Positions 25,575-38,357 of a stretch of DNA of 64,000 nt are shown piece after piece; position 1 is the first letter of the stretch, and every line of letters begins with the position of its first letter. The stretch is from Camelus ferus (lineage: Eukaryota): positions 6,388,001-6,452,000 of the forward strand of contig NC_045697.1 in the NCBI RefSeq assembly GCF_009834535.1, in the 5' to 3' direction. The notes beneath the pieces were generated by a model. The model had not been told where the DNA came from. It searched no databases and saw nothing but the letters and a program-made list of their open reading frames with translations. The translations under genes and the position numbers were made by a program.

Positions 25575-26057
25575 TGGTTATCCTCCACTGGCTTCCTCCA
25601 GCCCATTCTCCATCCTTATTTGACTGCTCTGTCCTGAGATGCTGATCCCTGTGGACAGCGCTACCTACTGCCTTCTCACTAGGTTTAGCCAATGAGAAGC
25701 ACTGGCAGGACATTAGAGGACAGCCAAGAGGCGGCTAGATATTTTCGCTTCACTTTCTCTTTATATCAGTGTCATACGTATGGCAGTGGCCCCTGTCCCT
25801 CCATGACTGCAGCTCCATCTGGGAAGCTCCTCCTCCCCTGTTCCAGCTCTGATGGCTCCACCACCTCTATTTCCTCTCCTCATCCAATCAGCCCTAAGCA
25901 AGATGACAGATTCCCACTGCTGCTGGTTTCTGGGTATCTCACCATCCATTGTTTCCTTCACCCTGTCTATTCCTCTCTAATTACTCTCTTCATGAAAAGC
26001 TCTTGGTTTGAACATTTGGGATAAATTCTGTTTTCTGTAAGGACCAGACTGACACAT
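25575..26057 (+). mobile_element. ERVL solo LTR (LTR33-like)
   Basis: ggtttagccaatgagaagcactggcaggacattagagg and 3' end ctgttttctg..ggaccagactgacaca. Confidence 0.6.
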
Positions 26058-26239
26058 TGGCTTCTTAGCACATGCTCATTTAAAAAAATTAATATTTGTT
26101 TTAAAAAGTTACACACATACATCCTTAGTTTTGGAAAGTCAAATAGTACTAAAAAATTATGATGAAAAATAAGAGCCATCTTCCTTCCTCCTCATCAACT
26201 TTTTCTAATTTTGACTCTCCAGAGACAACCATACTCAAC

Positions 26240-28400
26240 TGGTCTCATTTCTTTAATGACTAATAATGTGAAGCATCTGTTCATATGTTTATTGGCCATT
26301 TATGTATCTTATTTTGTGAAGTGTTTATTCAAGTCTGTTTATAATGGCTTTGTGCAAGTTCTTTATATTTTTTAGATATGAACTATATACCAACTGTATG
26401 TATAATATTTTCTCCCAACTTGAGGATTGACTTTTATTTTTTTAATAGTCTGTTCTGAAGAACAGAAAGTTTTAATTTTGATAAAATCCAACTTATTTTT
26501 TTTTTAATGGGATCCAGTTTATCAAGATTTTTCCTTTATGGCTGTTTGCTTTTGCTGTCACAACAAAGAAATCATCGCCTACCCAAAGTCAAAAGTATGT
26601 GCCTGTTTTCTTCTAGCAGTTTTATAGTTTTAGCTTTCACATTTATATCTATAATCCATATCTATGTTTTTGTTTGTTTTATATGGTGTGAGATTGAGTT
26701 CATTTCTTTTTCATCCGTTTGGATGCCTAGTTTTTTCAGCACCACTACAGAACAAACTAACCTTCCTCTACTGAATAACTTTGGTATTTTTGCCAAAAAT
26801 TAGTTGACCACATATGTGGGACTGTTTATGGATCTGGACCTACTTCCATTGATCGACTGATTTTTATTCCTGTTGATACCATACTGCTTTAGTTACTGTG
26901 GCTTTAATATAATGTCTTGAAATCAAGGTGTGTAAGTCCTTCAGCTTTGTTCTTCTTTTTCAAGATTATTTTAGTTAGACTTAACATTCTGTGCAATTTC
27001 ATATGAATTTTAGAATCACCTTTTTATTTCTACAGAAGCCTGATTTTTAGATAAATATGGGGAGAAGTGACATGTCAACAATATAGTCTTCTAGTCTATG
27101 AATATGGTACCTTTCTCCATTTATTTAGCTCTTCTTTAAATTCTTTTGGCAATTGTTTTAGTTTTAGTGGTGAGATACTACACATTTTTATTTAGTTTAT
27201 TCTCAAATACATTAATGCTATTCAAAATGGAATTAAAATTATTTTCCAATCAGTAGTTTCTGAGATATAGAAATATAATTACTTTTTGTATATTGACCTT
27301 CTGTCCTTTGGCTTTGCTAAATTTATTATTCTAATCATTTGTTTTATAGATTTCTTAGAATTTTTTTAACACACAGAAGCAGATCATCTTTGAATAAAGA
27401 CAGTTTTACTTCCTCCTTTTTTATCTACTTGTCTTTTATTTGTTATTTTTTTCTTGCCTTATGGCACTAGCTAGAACTTCTAGTACAATGATAAATAGAA
27501 GTGTTGAGAGCAAACATCTTTGCCTATTCCTGCCTATTCCTGATTTTAATGTCGATATATTTGAGATAACACAAACATCATATTATCAAAGCAGACACAC
27601 ACAGATTAGAAATGTTAACCAGTATTAAGCTTTACTTATAATTTAAAAGATAGTAGTCTAATTACATGGATAAATCATGAACAGGTTCAGAACCATTGAC
27701 AGAGCTCTCCAGGTCCTTTCTCCTTGCCACATCAGATTTTTTTCTTGTGCTTTTTAAAGTAATGAGTGAAGTTCACATTATTGTACATAAGTGAACCATG
27801 TAAGTCATGGAACATCTCTGTTTTATACTTAGATAGTTATATGGCATTTTCCAGGGAGCAGTACTCCGTAAATCCATAGGCTCTAGGTTATTTATAACAA
27901 ACAAGCCTATCCATCCTTCAAAATGTATTCTATAGGTAAGGATTCTCCTGCCAGCAAATGCCATTAGATTCTTTATCAGCAGGCTTATTGTTTCATGTTT
28001 ATAAGGAAGTTGAATCAGGTAACCTGTCTTCTATCTTTTCCAGGGGTTTCTCCCAAGTAACAGGGAAGAATGGATTAAAGATGCCACTTAATCCTTTCCT
28101 TTTCAGTGTTTCACATTTCAGATTAAATATCATGTTAGCTGAAGGGTTTGGTTTTGTTTTTTTTTTTTGGTAGATCCTGTTAATCAAAATGAGTAAATTT
28201 TCTATTTCTAACTTGCTAGTAGTTTTATTATTAATTATTGGTGAATTATTTTCAAATACTTCTGTGCATTTGTTGAGATGATCAAATAATTTTCTCATTT
28301 AATTTGTTAATGTGGCAAATTGCATTGATTTTCAAATGTTAAACCAACATTGTATTTCTAGGGTAAATCCTACTTGGTCATAAGATACCTTTATATATGT
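26240..28400 (-). mobile_element. Old L1 ORF2 fragment, interrupted at about 27552-28098
   Basis: Antisense L1 ORF2 hallmarks, e.g. tggcactagctagaacttctagtacaatgataaatagaagt and tcagctttgttcttctttttcaaga. Confidence 0.85.
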
Positions 28401-28463
28401 TTACACACATACACACACATATTTTGTCTATTGCTTTTTTCATTTATTGAAAATTTTGGTATT

Positions 28464-28567
28464 GGGGAGGCTTATAGCTCAGTGGTAGAGCTCATGCTAG
28501 CATGCTTAGCCAGTACCTCCATTAGAAAAAAACAGAAAAAACTAAACACAAAACAAAATAAATAAAA
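28464..28567 (+). mobile_element. tRNA-derived SINE (camelid Vic-1-like), internally deleted
   Basis: ggggaggcttatagctcagtggtagag A-box head, ccagtacctccatt and A-rich tail; no GGTTCRA B-box. Confidence 0.75.
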
Positions 28568-31142
28568 TTGTGTAAATTCACATAACATAAAATGTACCAA
28601 CAACCACTTTTAAGTACACAGTACAGTGATGTTAACTATTTGCACAGTTTTGTGCAACAGATCTCTATAATTTTTTCATCTTGCAAAACTGAAACTATAT
28701 ACTCATTAAGCAACAACTCCCCATTTCCTTCTTCCCCTCAGCTTTTGGTAACCACATGCTGCTTTCTGTTTCTATGCGTTTGACTACTTTAGATACCTCA
28801 TACAAGTGGTATCATGCATTATTTGTGTTTTTATGACTGGCTTATTTCACGTAGCATAAGTTCTGAAGGTTCATTCATGTATGACAGAATTTCATTCCTT
28901 TTTAAAGCTGAGTAATGTTCCATTGTATGGATATACCACATTAATTTATTTATTCATTCCTTGATGGACATTTAGGTTGCTTCCACCTCATGACTATTGT
29001 GAATAATGCTGCAATGAATATAGATGTGCAAATATCTCTTCAAGATCCTTTTTTCAATTATTTTGTATATATACCAGCAAATGGGATTGCGGATCATATG
29101 GTAATTCTATTTTTAATTTTTTGAGCAGCTTCTATATTGTTTTCCACATCAGCAAAACCATTTTACATTCCCACAAACAGTGCACAGAGTTCCAGTTTCT
29201 CCTCATCCTTGCCAGCACTTGTTATTTCTGTTTTTTTCCCTTTTTTATTTTTATTTTTTAGTGAGTCTACTAATGGCTGTGAGATTTTGATTTGTATCTC
29301 TCTGATGATTAGTGATGTTTACACTTAGTGATGTTTTCATGTGCTTGTTGACAATTTGTATTTATTCTTTGGAGAAATGTCTATTCAAGTCCTTTACCCA
29401 TTTAAAAAAATCAGATTATTTGTTTGTTGTGGTTGGGTTATAAGATTTCTTTGTATTTCTATGGGTATTTACTCCTTATCAGATATGTGTGGTTTGCAGA
29501 TGTTTTCTCCCATTATGCAGGTTGCCCCTCCACTCTTTCCTTCGTTGCACAGAAGTTTTTAAGTTTGATGCAGTCACATCTGAAATTTTTTGCTCCTTAT
29601 GGTGTCATATCCAGAGAAATCATTGCCAAATCCAATGTCCTGAAGCTTTTATCTTATGTTTTCTTCCAGGAATTTTATAGTTTTAGACCTTATGTTTAGT
29701 TCTGTAACCTATTTTGAGTTAATTTTTGTATATGGTTTAAGATAAGGGTCTAACTTCATTCATTTGCATGTGAATATCCAGTTTTCCAGACATCATTTGT
29801 TGAAAAGACTGTCCTTTCCCCAGTGTATAGTTTTAGTACCCTTGTCGAAGATCACTTGGTTTTCTATGCCAGGCTGCATTTATGGGCTCTCAGTTCTGTT
29901 CCATTGGTCTATATGTCTGTCTTTATGCTGGTACCACATTGTCTTAGTTTCTGTTATTTTGTAGTATGTTTTGAAATCAGGAAGTGTGGGGACTCCAACT
30001 TCATTCTTTTTCAAGATTGTTTTGACTGTTTGGGATCCCTTGAGATTCCTTATGAATTTTAGGATTTTTAAAAATTTCTGCAAAAATATGCCATTGGGAT
30101 TTTGAAAGGAATTGCTTTGAATCTGTAGATCACTTTGGGCAGTATGGGAATTTTAACAATAATAAGTCATCCAATCCATAAACGCAAGATGTCTTTCCAT
30201 TTATTTGTATCTTCTTTGATTTCTTTTAGCAATAGTATTTTGTAGTTCTCAGTGTACAAGTCTTTCACCAAGCTCCCCTGACCCCATTTGGTTAAGTTTT
30301 TTTTCTTAAATATTTTATTATTTTTGGTACTATTGTAAATGTGGTTATTTTCCTAATTTCTCTTTCAAGCTTTTCATTGTAAGTGTATAGAAACACAACT
30401 GATTTTTGAGTGTTGATTTTGTATCCTGCAACTTTGCTGAAATCATTTATTAGTTTCAACAGGTTTTTTTCCCCCTGTGGAATGTTTAGGGTTATTTAGA
30501 TATAAGAGCAGGCCATCTGAGAACAGAGATAATATACTTCTTCCTTTCCAGTTTAGATGGTGCCCTGCCTAGGACTTCCAGTACTATGTTGAATAATGGT
30601 GGCAAAGGTGGGTAATCTTGCTTTGCTCTTGATCTTAGAGGAAAACTTTTCCATCTTTCACAATTGAGTATGATCTTAGCTGTGGGCTTTTTTATATGGA
30701 TTTTAGTATGTTGAAGCATTTTTCTTCCATTCCTAATATATTGAATGTTTTTTTTTTTAATATCATGAAAGGGTGTTGAATTTTATCAAGCTTTTCTGCA
30801 TCAGTTGAGATGATCATGTGGGTTTTGTCCTTTATTCTGGTATGATGTGGTCTATTACATTTAATGATTTTCATATGTTGAACAACCCTTGCATTCCAAG
30901 TATGAATTCCACTTGCTCAATAGTGTGTAATCTTAAGTGCTCTTAAAGTGCTGTTGAGTTCAGTTTGGTAGTATTTTGTTGAAGATTATTACATCAATAT
31001 TCATCAAGGTTATTGGCCTGTACTGTTTTGTTTTTTCTTGTTATGTCTTTGATTTTGATATCGGTGCAATGCAAGCCTCATAGATGAGTTTGAGAGTATG
31101 TTCCTCTCTTCAATTCTTTGGAAGAGTTTGAGGAGGATTGAT
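28568..31142 (-). mobile_element. L1 (L1MA/MB-like) 3' UTR and ORF2 fragment, about 2.6 kb
   Basis: Minus-strand ORF remnants: [74 protein letters not shown]. Confidence 0.95.
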
Positions 31143-31301
31143 TATGGACCTTTTCTAATATAAACATTTAAGGCTTTTAAGCTATAAATGCTTACATTAA
31201 ATAATTTTATTTAAAGAGTGGTTATATTCCTCAAATTTTGGTATGTTGTGTTTTATTACCATTCATTCTGAAATATTTCTATATTTTTGTTGCTGTTGCT
31301 G

Positions 31302-31598
31302 CTTCTTCTTCTTCTCCTCCTCCTCTTCTTCTTCTTCCTCATCTTCCTCTTCTTCCTCTTCCTCCTCCTCTTCTTCCTCCTCCTCTTCTTCCTCCTCCTC
31401 CTCTTCTTCTCCTTCCCCTTCTTCGCCTTCACCTTCTTCTTCTCCTTCTCCTTCTTCTCCTTCTTCTTCTTCCCCTTCCTCTTCCCCTTCCTCTCCTCCT
31501 CCTCCCCTCCTCCTCCTCCTCTTCCTCCTCCTCATTCTTCTTCTTCTCCCTCTTCCTCTTCTTTTTCTTCTTCTCCTCCTCCTTCTTCCTCTTTTTCT
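31302..31598. repeat. ~297-nt (CTT/CCT)n homopyrimidine tract
   Basis: Only four purines (31341, 31425, 31431, 31534) in the interval. Confidence 0.97.
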
Positions 31599-31619
31599 AT
31601 ATGGGAAATTTATTTTTAA

Positions 31620-31940
31620 ATAAATTTATTTATTCTATATTATTCTAGTTCTTTGAAGTTTATTGAAACTTGTTTTAGGTCCCAGAAGGTGTTCCTTCTT
31701 GGTGAATGTTCTATGTGAACTAGAAGAAAAAAATGTGTATTCTATAGCTGTTTTGTGAACTACTCTGTAAATGACAATTAGGTCTACTCAGCTGTTGGTG
31801 TTGTTAAAATTTTCTTTGGTTTCATTCATCTTTGCTTGCTTATTTTGTCCATTTCTGAGAGATGTGTATTAAAATTTCCAACTATCATTGTGATTTTGTC
31901 TATTTTTTTCTATTAGTACTCTCAGTTTTTACTTCTGAAT
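31620..31940 (-). mobile_element. Old L1 fragment
   Basis: ttcttggtgaatgttctatgtgaact.gaa..aatgtgtattct and tctgagagatgtgtattaaaatttccaactat. Confidence 0.7.
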
Positions 31941-33059
31941 ATTTATTTATTTAAATAGCATTCTATTCATATTTTGTGGACTCATGTCTTATCTCTCTGA
32001 TCATATTAACTATTTCTCTTTTAGTTTTCTTCAGCATCCCACATTATAGCTTTCCTTTGAATAATTTTTCTTCTGGTTTATACTTTTTTTTTTCCAATGT
32101 GTTTCATATTAGATACTCTTCTCCAAGGTCTCGACTCTTCATATGGAAAAGTGAGGCACAAAAATGCTAGTTGGAACTTGTATGTTTATGGGTGGGACCT
32201 TACTGGAGCATGACACAGTGAGGATCAGCCTCTTCTGTTGGGGACCAGCACATGCCACTATTTGTGGCAGAATTGCTCTGCTCTCTTGGTTTAGGGTTAT
32301 GATTCTATCTCCCAGGAACCAAGTTTTTAAGAGGGGCTGGAATTCTAAAAATTTGGAATGAAACTTTCATTTAAACCCTGTGTTTTAGCACAGCACACTC
32401 TCAGCAGTATCTTGCATTTGTTTTCCATATTGTAAATATTTTCTGTAGCAATAGTCTTTGGATGGCCACCAGGGAAAGGGAGGGAGAGAGAGATGTTGAT
32501 TATAACTTGTAATGACCATCAGTGAATCCCCTTTTCACCACAGTCCCTTTACCAGTATTTAAGGATAACTAGTGACCCCAATTTTTGAGATTTTACAGAC
32601 TTTTGTGATGGGAACCAGCTTGTTTTTTTTGCTGAATTTCCTCTGAGCAAGCTTGCATTTTTGTTTTTTCTATTTTGTTAACTCAGTTACTATTTTTCCA
32701 TTTAATTTACCTCATCTGAAATTTTGACATTCTTCTTCTTCTATCATATTTTCTTCTTTCTATTTCCTTTATCCTATGTTCTTGCCTTTTCAATTCCTTT
32801 TTTGTCATTATAGTGGAGTTTCCAGAAGGATCAAAGGTAAGTTCCTATTTAGCCATATTTTAGTTAGAAGTCTTACTGCAGTGGGTACATACATTTTACT
32901 AAACATTGTGAAATTGCTTTTCAAAGTGAGGCACTGTTTCGTGTTTGTTTTAGGTTGGTCTCAGCCTATCAATAGTGATGCTATTGGCAGTGATGGCTGA
33001 GGGCACTCATCTGGGCTACCTGTGGCGAGCCACACAGACATCTCCCCAGGTGAAGCCAA

Positions 33060-33548
33060 TGTAGATGCTGGACCAGCCCTTGTGGTTCTTATTATGAGAG
33101 ACACCTCAGTAATAACTATCAGGTGACATTGAAAAAACAAGGTTCATTACTCACACATCCTGGAGGGTACTTAGTGAGGTCCCAGGTAGACAGCGACAGA
33201 GAATGTGTGGCTCTCTTTGCCTTATTGGGGTTGATGGTTGGGTGCTTTGGGGTTTTGAGGGTTCATTCTTTATTGGCGAAATTAAAACTGAAGGGCAGGA
33301 GTTAAAGCACAGGAAGAGAAAAGCAAGCAGTCAGTCTAACAGTCAGTTATCTAGGTCAACCAGAGCTTTTCAAAAAGGGAAGCTCATGGGTAGCGGGCAG
33401 TCTGGCTCTTTATCTAGTTGTGTAGATGGCTAGGTGTCCCCCCACCCCCAGATGGATGTCTTTGAAGTGGATGCCTCAGCCATCAGAAGCTTAACATCAG
33501 GCACTTACATTACAGTCAAAAAGCTAATTGTCAGGCACCTATGCTACA
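33060..33548 (-). mobile_element. Probable ERV solo LTR (MER73/MER74-like, family uncertain)
   Basis: TGTA...TACA ends; ttcattactcaca and tttattggcg motifs; terminal ~33-bp imperfect duplication. Confidence 0.5.
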
Positions 33549-35229
33549 GTGTTCTGAATAAGAGTTGAAACTTCCCCAGAACTACTTAATCACCTGTCCT
33601 TTCCCCAGGGAAGCTGCCTCTGCCGTGTTCACTCATCCGTTCAACAGGTGGTCACTGCTTCGCTGGTGACAAGAATGACCTAGAATTCCCTAAAGATAAG
33701 CGTGCTCAGAAATAGACTGACAACGGTTTTGTAATTCTAAGACTTGCTGTGTAGGGCCGTCCTTCAATTCCCTGCCTGGACATCTGCCCTGGGCAGCTTC
33801 CCTGACTACACCCTCCCCCAACACATCCACATCTGCCTACCAACACAGTGGTGGTGCCAGGAGAGAACTGCCAAATCTGTTATTCTGCATTGCATAATTT
33901 TAATTATATGTGGATCTTGCCAGCCCGGTTCTTAGCCCTCTATCACAGGGATTAGGTCTTTTTCGTCTTTATCCCCCAAATCTAGCATGTGCTAGTGTCT
34001 TATGTCATCTGTCAAAAATTGTTCCAGAAATTTTGTTATAAATTTACCCCAAATATGATTTCAAAGGGGCTTTAGAGACAATAGTGCATGAATCAAACAA
34101 AATTAAACCATATTTTCAATTTACTTTAATACTCAGAAATATTATGACATTTAATTACATGTTGGCTTTCATTTAAATTAGTATAGCATGGAATGTTTAA
34201 AAAAAGTTAATGCACTTCACTAGAACAATAATACTCAGGGTAAAAAGTAGATACACAAATATAATGCTAATCATGTATTATATAGATGTCCTTACACAAA
34301 AGTGTGTCTGCGTACACACACATGGCAATGCACTACATTTGACAATGGGCTGAAATTTGATTTCTCTGCAGTAATTTGAACAGAAGATTTAATTGATTTC
34401 AGCTATGATGTGGGTACTTAAGCAAACCACACCACATCATCCCCCCATGCCCCAAGAGAGGTGGTTTTCCATTAAGTGAATTTGGGAAAATTTTTAATTT
34501 TCTGGTTCAAAAATTTTTTAAAGCCAATTCAACTGAGCTTTGTCAAAATATCTAATGTTGGCCCCACTCACAAGCACTCAGCGGTAAGTGTTGAGGGAAC
34601 ACAGCAAAGGGATGAGGAACCAATGTAGATTATCTTACTTATTGTACAGTTATTTGTTGTCTGTTTCTCCCGCTTAATTCACTGCTATTATCCCAACATC
34701 TATTATTCCAATGCCTAGTAATGAATACATATGCAATATACAAACAAGTGCTTATAATAAGATATTATTAAATATGAGGGAGATATAAATTGATTCAGAA
34801 TGGATCATGTAGTCAAAAAGAAGTACCTTGAATGAATAGAATGCTATAATCAGAAAAAGCTAAAATTCCGTTACTGTATTGAGGCTACGTATCAAGTGAC
34901 TATTTTCAACTAACAATGAAATAATAGCTGAAAAAGGACTAAAGCCCTTTGGAATCTGGGCAGGCCAAGCCCAAATCACTGAACTTTCAATTACGGATCT
35001 AGACGCTGAGTAGGAGAACTGCGTATGAAGACCTTGGTTCCCGCCGCAAGTATGTCAGGGAGGCATAGTTTCCACAATTACAAAACGCCTTAAGAATACC
35101 TGCCCCGCCTTCTTTACAGAACTGTTGTAAGAGTCAAGAACAACTGAAATTTAAACACTCTTACTCTTTCGTCATCTCTTACAAGCAAAATGTCTTTGTT
35201 ACAATCAACACCGAAAACCAGCAAGTCAC

Positions 35230-35697
35230 TGTGGCAGGCACAGAGGTGGGCCACCTGGATCTCCCTTCAAAGAACTTGCTGATCGACATGTAAGCTGACA
35301 GCCTTCCTCTGTGGTCCCTTCCATATCCCCCAGAGCACGTGAAGGTCACGTGTGCCTGGGCAGCCTCTGGCAATGACTTAGCATGGTGGTGCCCTAGGAC
35401 CTGGCCATTTCTGCACAACAGGGGGCTCTTTCTTCTGTGAGTGGTCTTTGCTCTGGATCTTACCACTGGGCTGGCCAGGACTCCCAGAGCCGCAGCTTAG
35501 TCTGATGCTTTTCCTGCTCTTCCCTTTCTCCTTCCCTCTTCCTCTCACAGACGCCACACCTACATCGCAGCCGGAAGGCTCTCCCTGCCTCCCCCTGCTT
35601 CTTCTTGCCTTTGTCTTTCTTAGGCGTTGCCTCCAGTCAATGTTAGCACTTCTAACTCCTGTCCTGGCATCTGAGTTCCAGAAGACGCGACTAACGT
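35230..35697 (+). mobile_element. ERVL solo LTR (LTR16-like)
   Basis: tgtggcagg..ccacctggatctcccttca start; ggcctggccatttctg-like core; tcctggcatctg..ccagaaga..gactaac end. Confidence 0.7.
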
Positions 35698-36555
35698 GGT
35701 CCCTCAAATCCCAGTCCCCTAAAGCCACCCCGTCTTCTTTCCAGAGATTTCCACATGTATAAGCTTGTGGGCATTTTACTCAAGATAGTGGAGCTCGACT
35801 TCTTTTTCCTTTTAGCATCATCTCACACATTTACGAACAAGAGGTGGTAAAGCATTTTTAAAAAGCTCATAAAATGCTCACCGCCTCCTGATTTCCACCT
35901 CCTTTAGCAGCAGCAAGGTTGACTTCTTGAGAACACAGCACTTAACGGCACGGCTCCAGGGAGGAAGTGAATCTGAGTTATCCGTAATCCTTCAGTAGCT
36001 TTTTAGGGTCATGGTCAGATTCTCCCTGCAGACGAGCCCGTGTCCTCTCTGCAGAGTCTGTTTCCGTGCTGGCCTTGATTTGCCGAAGTCCAGCTGAGAG
36101 TGACCAGCCACCATGCTGCCTTCAGCTCTGAGCTATCTGCTTCTCAGTTAGCCACGCTCCAGTTTAGACACTCCTGTCTCTTGGTTCCTGTGTTTACCCG
36201 CACAGGTGTGCTCTAAGCTAGGCTCCGTTGGGTATTAAGAGTCCCAACTTGATTCTTCATCAGATGCTCCCAACCTCACTCAGAGGCACCACTTCACAGC
36301 GACCTCGTGAAGGAACCAGCCTGCGCCCAAGCTGGGTGGTAGGTGCTAAGAGCTCCTTTAAACAGGAGAGAATCTGGGTATCATCTGCATTGTTTTCGCT
36401 GATATCTCTTGCCTTCTAATTTCTTTCTTTGTTTTTGTTTCTGTGCTAAAGCTACAGTTACATAAACCTTCCATACATGTCACCTGTAGGCTTTGGAAAC
36501 ATCTGAAGTCACTGTGTATGTACTATTAATTTCAATCAGAACCCCCACCTGTTCT

Positions 36556-36595
36556 AAAAAAAACCAACTTATCCCACTACAAGAGTTTATTTATT
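36556..36595 (-). terminator. CLNK: Candidate CLNK polyadenylation signal (overlapping AATAAATAAA) with downstream GU/U-rich element
   Basis: Minus strand AATAAATAAACTCTTGTAGTGGGATAAGTTGGTTTTTTTT, about 1.05 kb past the stop codon. Confidence 0.5.
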
Positions 36596-37647
36596 TCTGT
36601 ATTTTAGCATGAGTAAATCTGCATTTTCAAGTTGTTTCTCTCTCTCTCTCTTTTAAACTTAGCTTTTCAACTTGATGATAAGATTCTGTAGGGCAGAGAA
36701 TGTACCTGGGAAGGTTTGCTTGGACGAAACTAGGCAAAGTGGATAAAAATCTGGGCTCTCTTCTTGTACTGAGTAAGGTCAGTAATGTCTTTGAGCCTTT
36801 GTTTCCTCATCTGTGTTATAAAACAGGAATAAAATGTAATCCTCTTAGCTTCAAGAGGGAACAATATCATGACATGTGCAACGTTCCTGCGAATACTAGC
36901 ACTAATCTGAGGGCAATTCTTTTCTTTTGAATCGAAGTCTACAACTAGAATTTTAAAAAAATTATGCTTTCGCTCAGACTTAAGCTTACTCCTTTACTAT
37001 GAATTTGCTAATTCCACTCGGCCTAAAGCGACTGTAGACAGAGCGGGCTGGAGATGGTCCTCATGCCATTTCACACCACAGTAAAAGCATTTCTGATTTT
37101 CTGATTTCTCTCCTCAACTGATATTCACAAGTGATCTGCTTTTCCGTATCACATTCTTCCCTAGAACTGAATTTCCAGAATTACAAATAAAATCAGGCTA
37201 ACATTCACCAACATCTTTAGTATAAGGGACCATGAAAACACTGTCAACTCACAAGTCCAAACAGTTCTGGAATAAAGGCAACACTAGGTCCTAAAAAGAC
37301 CATGGATTTGGGACCTTCCCCTGGACCTGTCGTGTGCTCGGTGCAAACATTTAAGCAATAGTTTCTTGTAGCCGTTGCTGCTTATCTGTAACACGAACGT
37401 GTTTTTTTCTTTAGAAGATATTTTTCAAAAGCTAGTTTTTATTTTTGAGTCTTATAAATATTTCTCCTGGGGTTAGAGCCTTCAAAACCATGATTGATTT
37501 TCCAGTTTCCATGACAGAATGTTTTTCTTTTTTGTAAAGTCAAAGAAGTAATCCCTTGAAGCCACAGAAAATAATCTTTTGAAATAAATGAAAAAATGAT
37601 AGAGACATTGGATCCACTAAACTGAAGATGAAACAAAGACCAGGCTA

Positions 37648-37791
37648 CTAAGGTGAGAAGTGTCTGTTGAGGGGGAGTGGCTGAGTCAGGTAACACTGTT
37701 CCCTGTGGGTCCCGGTTTTATCTTTCCCGTCAATCAGTATAATAGGAAAATACTTGTAGTGTTCGATGATGTCTTCCACCGAATCAAACTT
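37648..37791 (-). CDS. CLNK: CLNK terminal coding exon (KFDSVEDIIEHYKYFPIILIDGKDKTGTHREQCYLTQPLPLNRHFSP*)
   Basis: gtgtttcag acceptor; SH2 C-terminus FDSVEDIIEHY; TAG stop at 37648-37650 followed by a second TAG. Confidence 0.96.
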   Translation of the reverse strand, partial: KFDSVEDIIEHYKYFPIILIDGKDKTGTHREQCYLTQPLPLNRHFSP

Positions 37792-38339
37792 CTGAAACAC
37801 AGAAGAGAAAGCTAATGAAAATTTAGGTATCTCTGTGTCTGTAGGTTAAAGGACAGCCTAAGGTGCTTCATTTTATTTAGGGAAGAGTTTAACTCATTTA
37901 ACATTTTTTGGGATTGTAAAGGTGTATTAGAAACTGATTTTTTCTTTTTAAAGAAGGATGTGGCAAAGAAGCTCTTGAAGGGTCAGTGATAAGATTGGTA
38001 AGATAACGAAGACCACCAAGAGCCCACCCCCGCAGTTCTTGAAGCTTCCCACCCACGGAGTGTTCACCAGCATCAGGTCACACCGGTCCAGCTCCTCAGC
38101 CACAGAGAATCCCTGCTGCCACCCTTACCTTGCCCCCAACTCTGACAAACCAAAGAGTAGAAGCTCAAGGCTTGACCTTCACCTTGTAAACTGGTGGGAA
38201 AGGCCTGCAGTGATCTCTCCCTCCTGGAAACCCTTCTTGTCCTAGCGAATTCTAGGTAATCAGAAGGGATGCTGATGACCGCAGGCTGCCGGCAGTTCTT
38301 AGCCAAGTGATAAAGCTTCCTTCCCTGGCCTTCCTGTGA

Positions 38340-38357
38340 AATCACGAGGTGGCGCAG
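38340..38357 (+). promoter_or_regulatory. Candidate CTCF motif
   Basis: AATCACGAGGTGGCGCAG. Confidence 0.45.

Noticed and set aside
28464..28525. tRNA gene
   Set aside because: SINE head with an A-rich tail, lacking the T-arm and B-box.
29880..30874. Reverse-transcriptase-like ORF fragments as an active element or novel RT system
   Set aside because: Frameshifted, 5'-truncated L1 ORF2 fossil.
31238..31648. Poly-Ser, poly-Glu and poly-Leu ORFs
   Set aside because: Translations of the CTT/CCT simple repeat.
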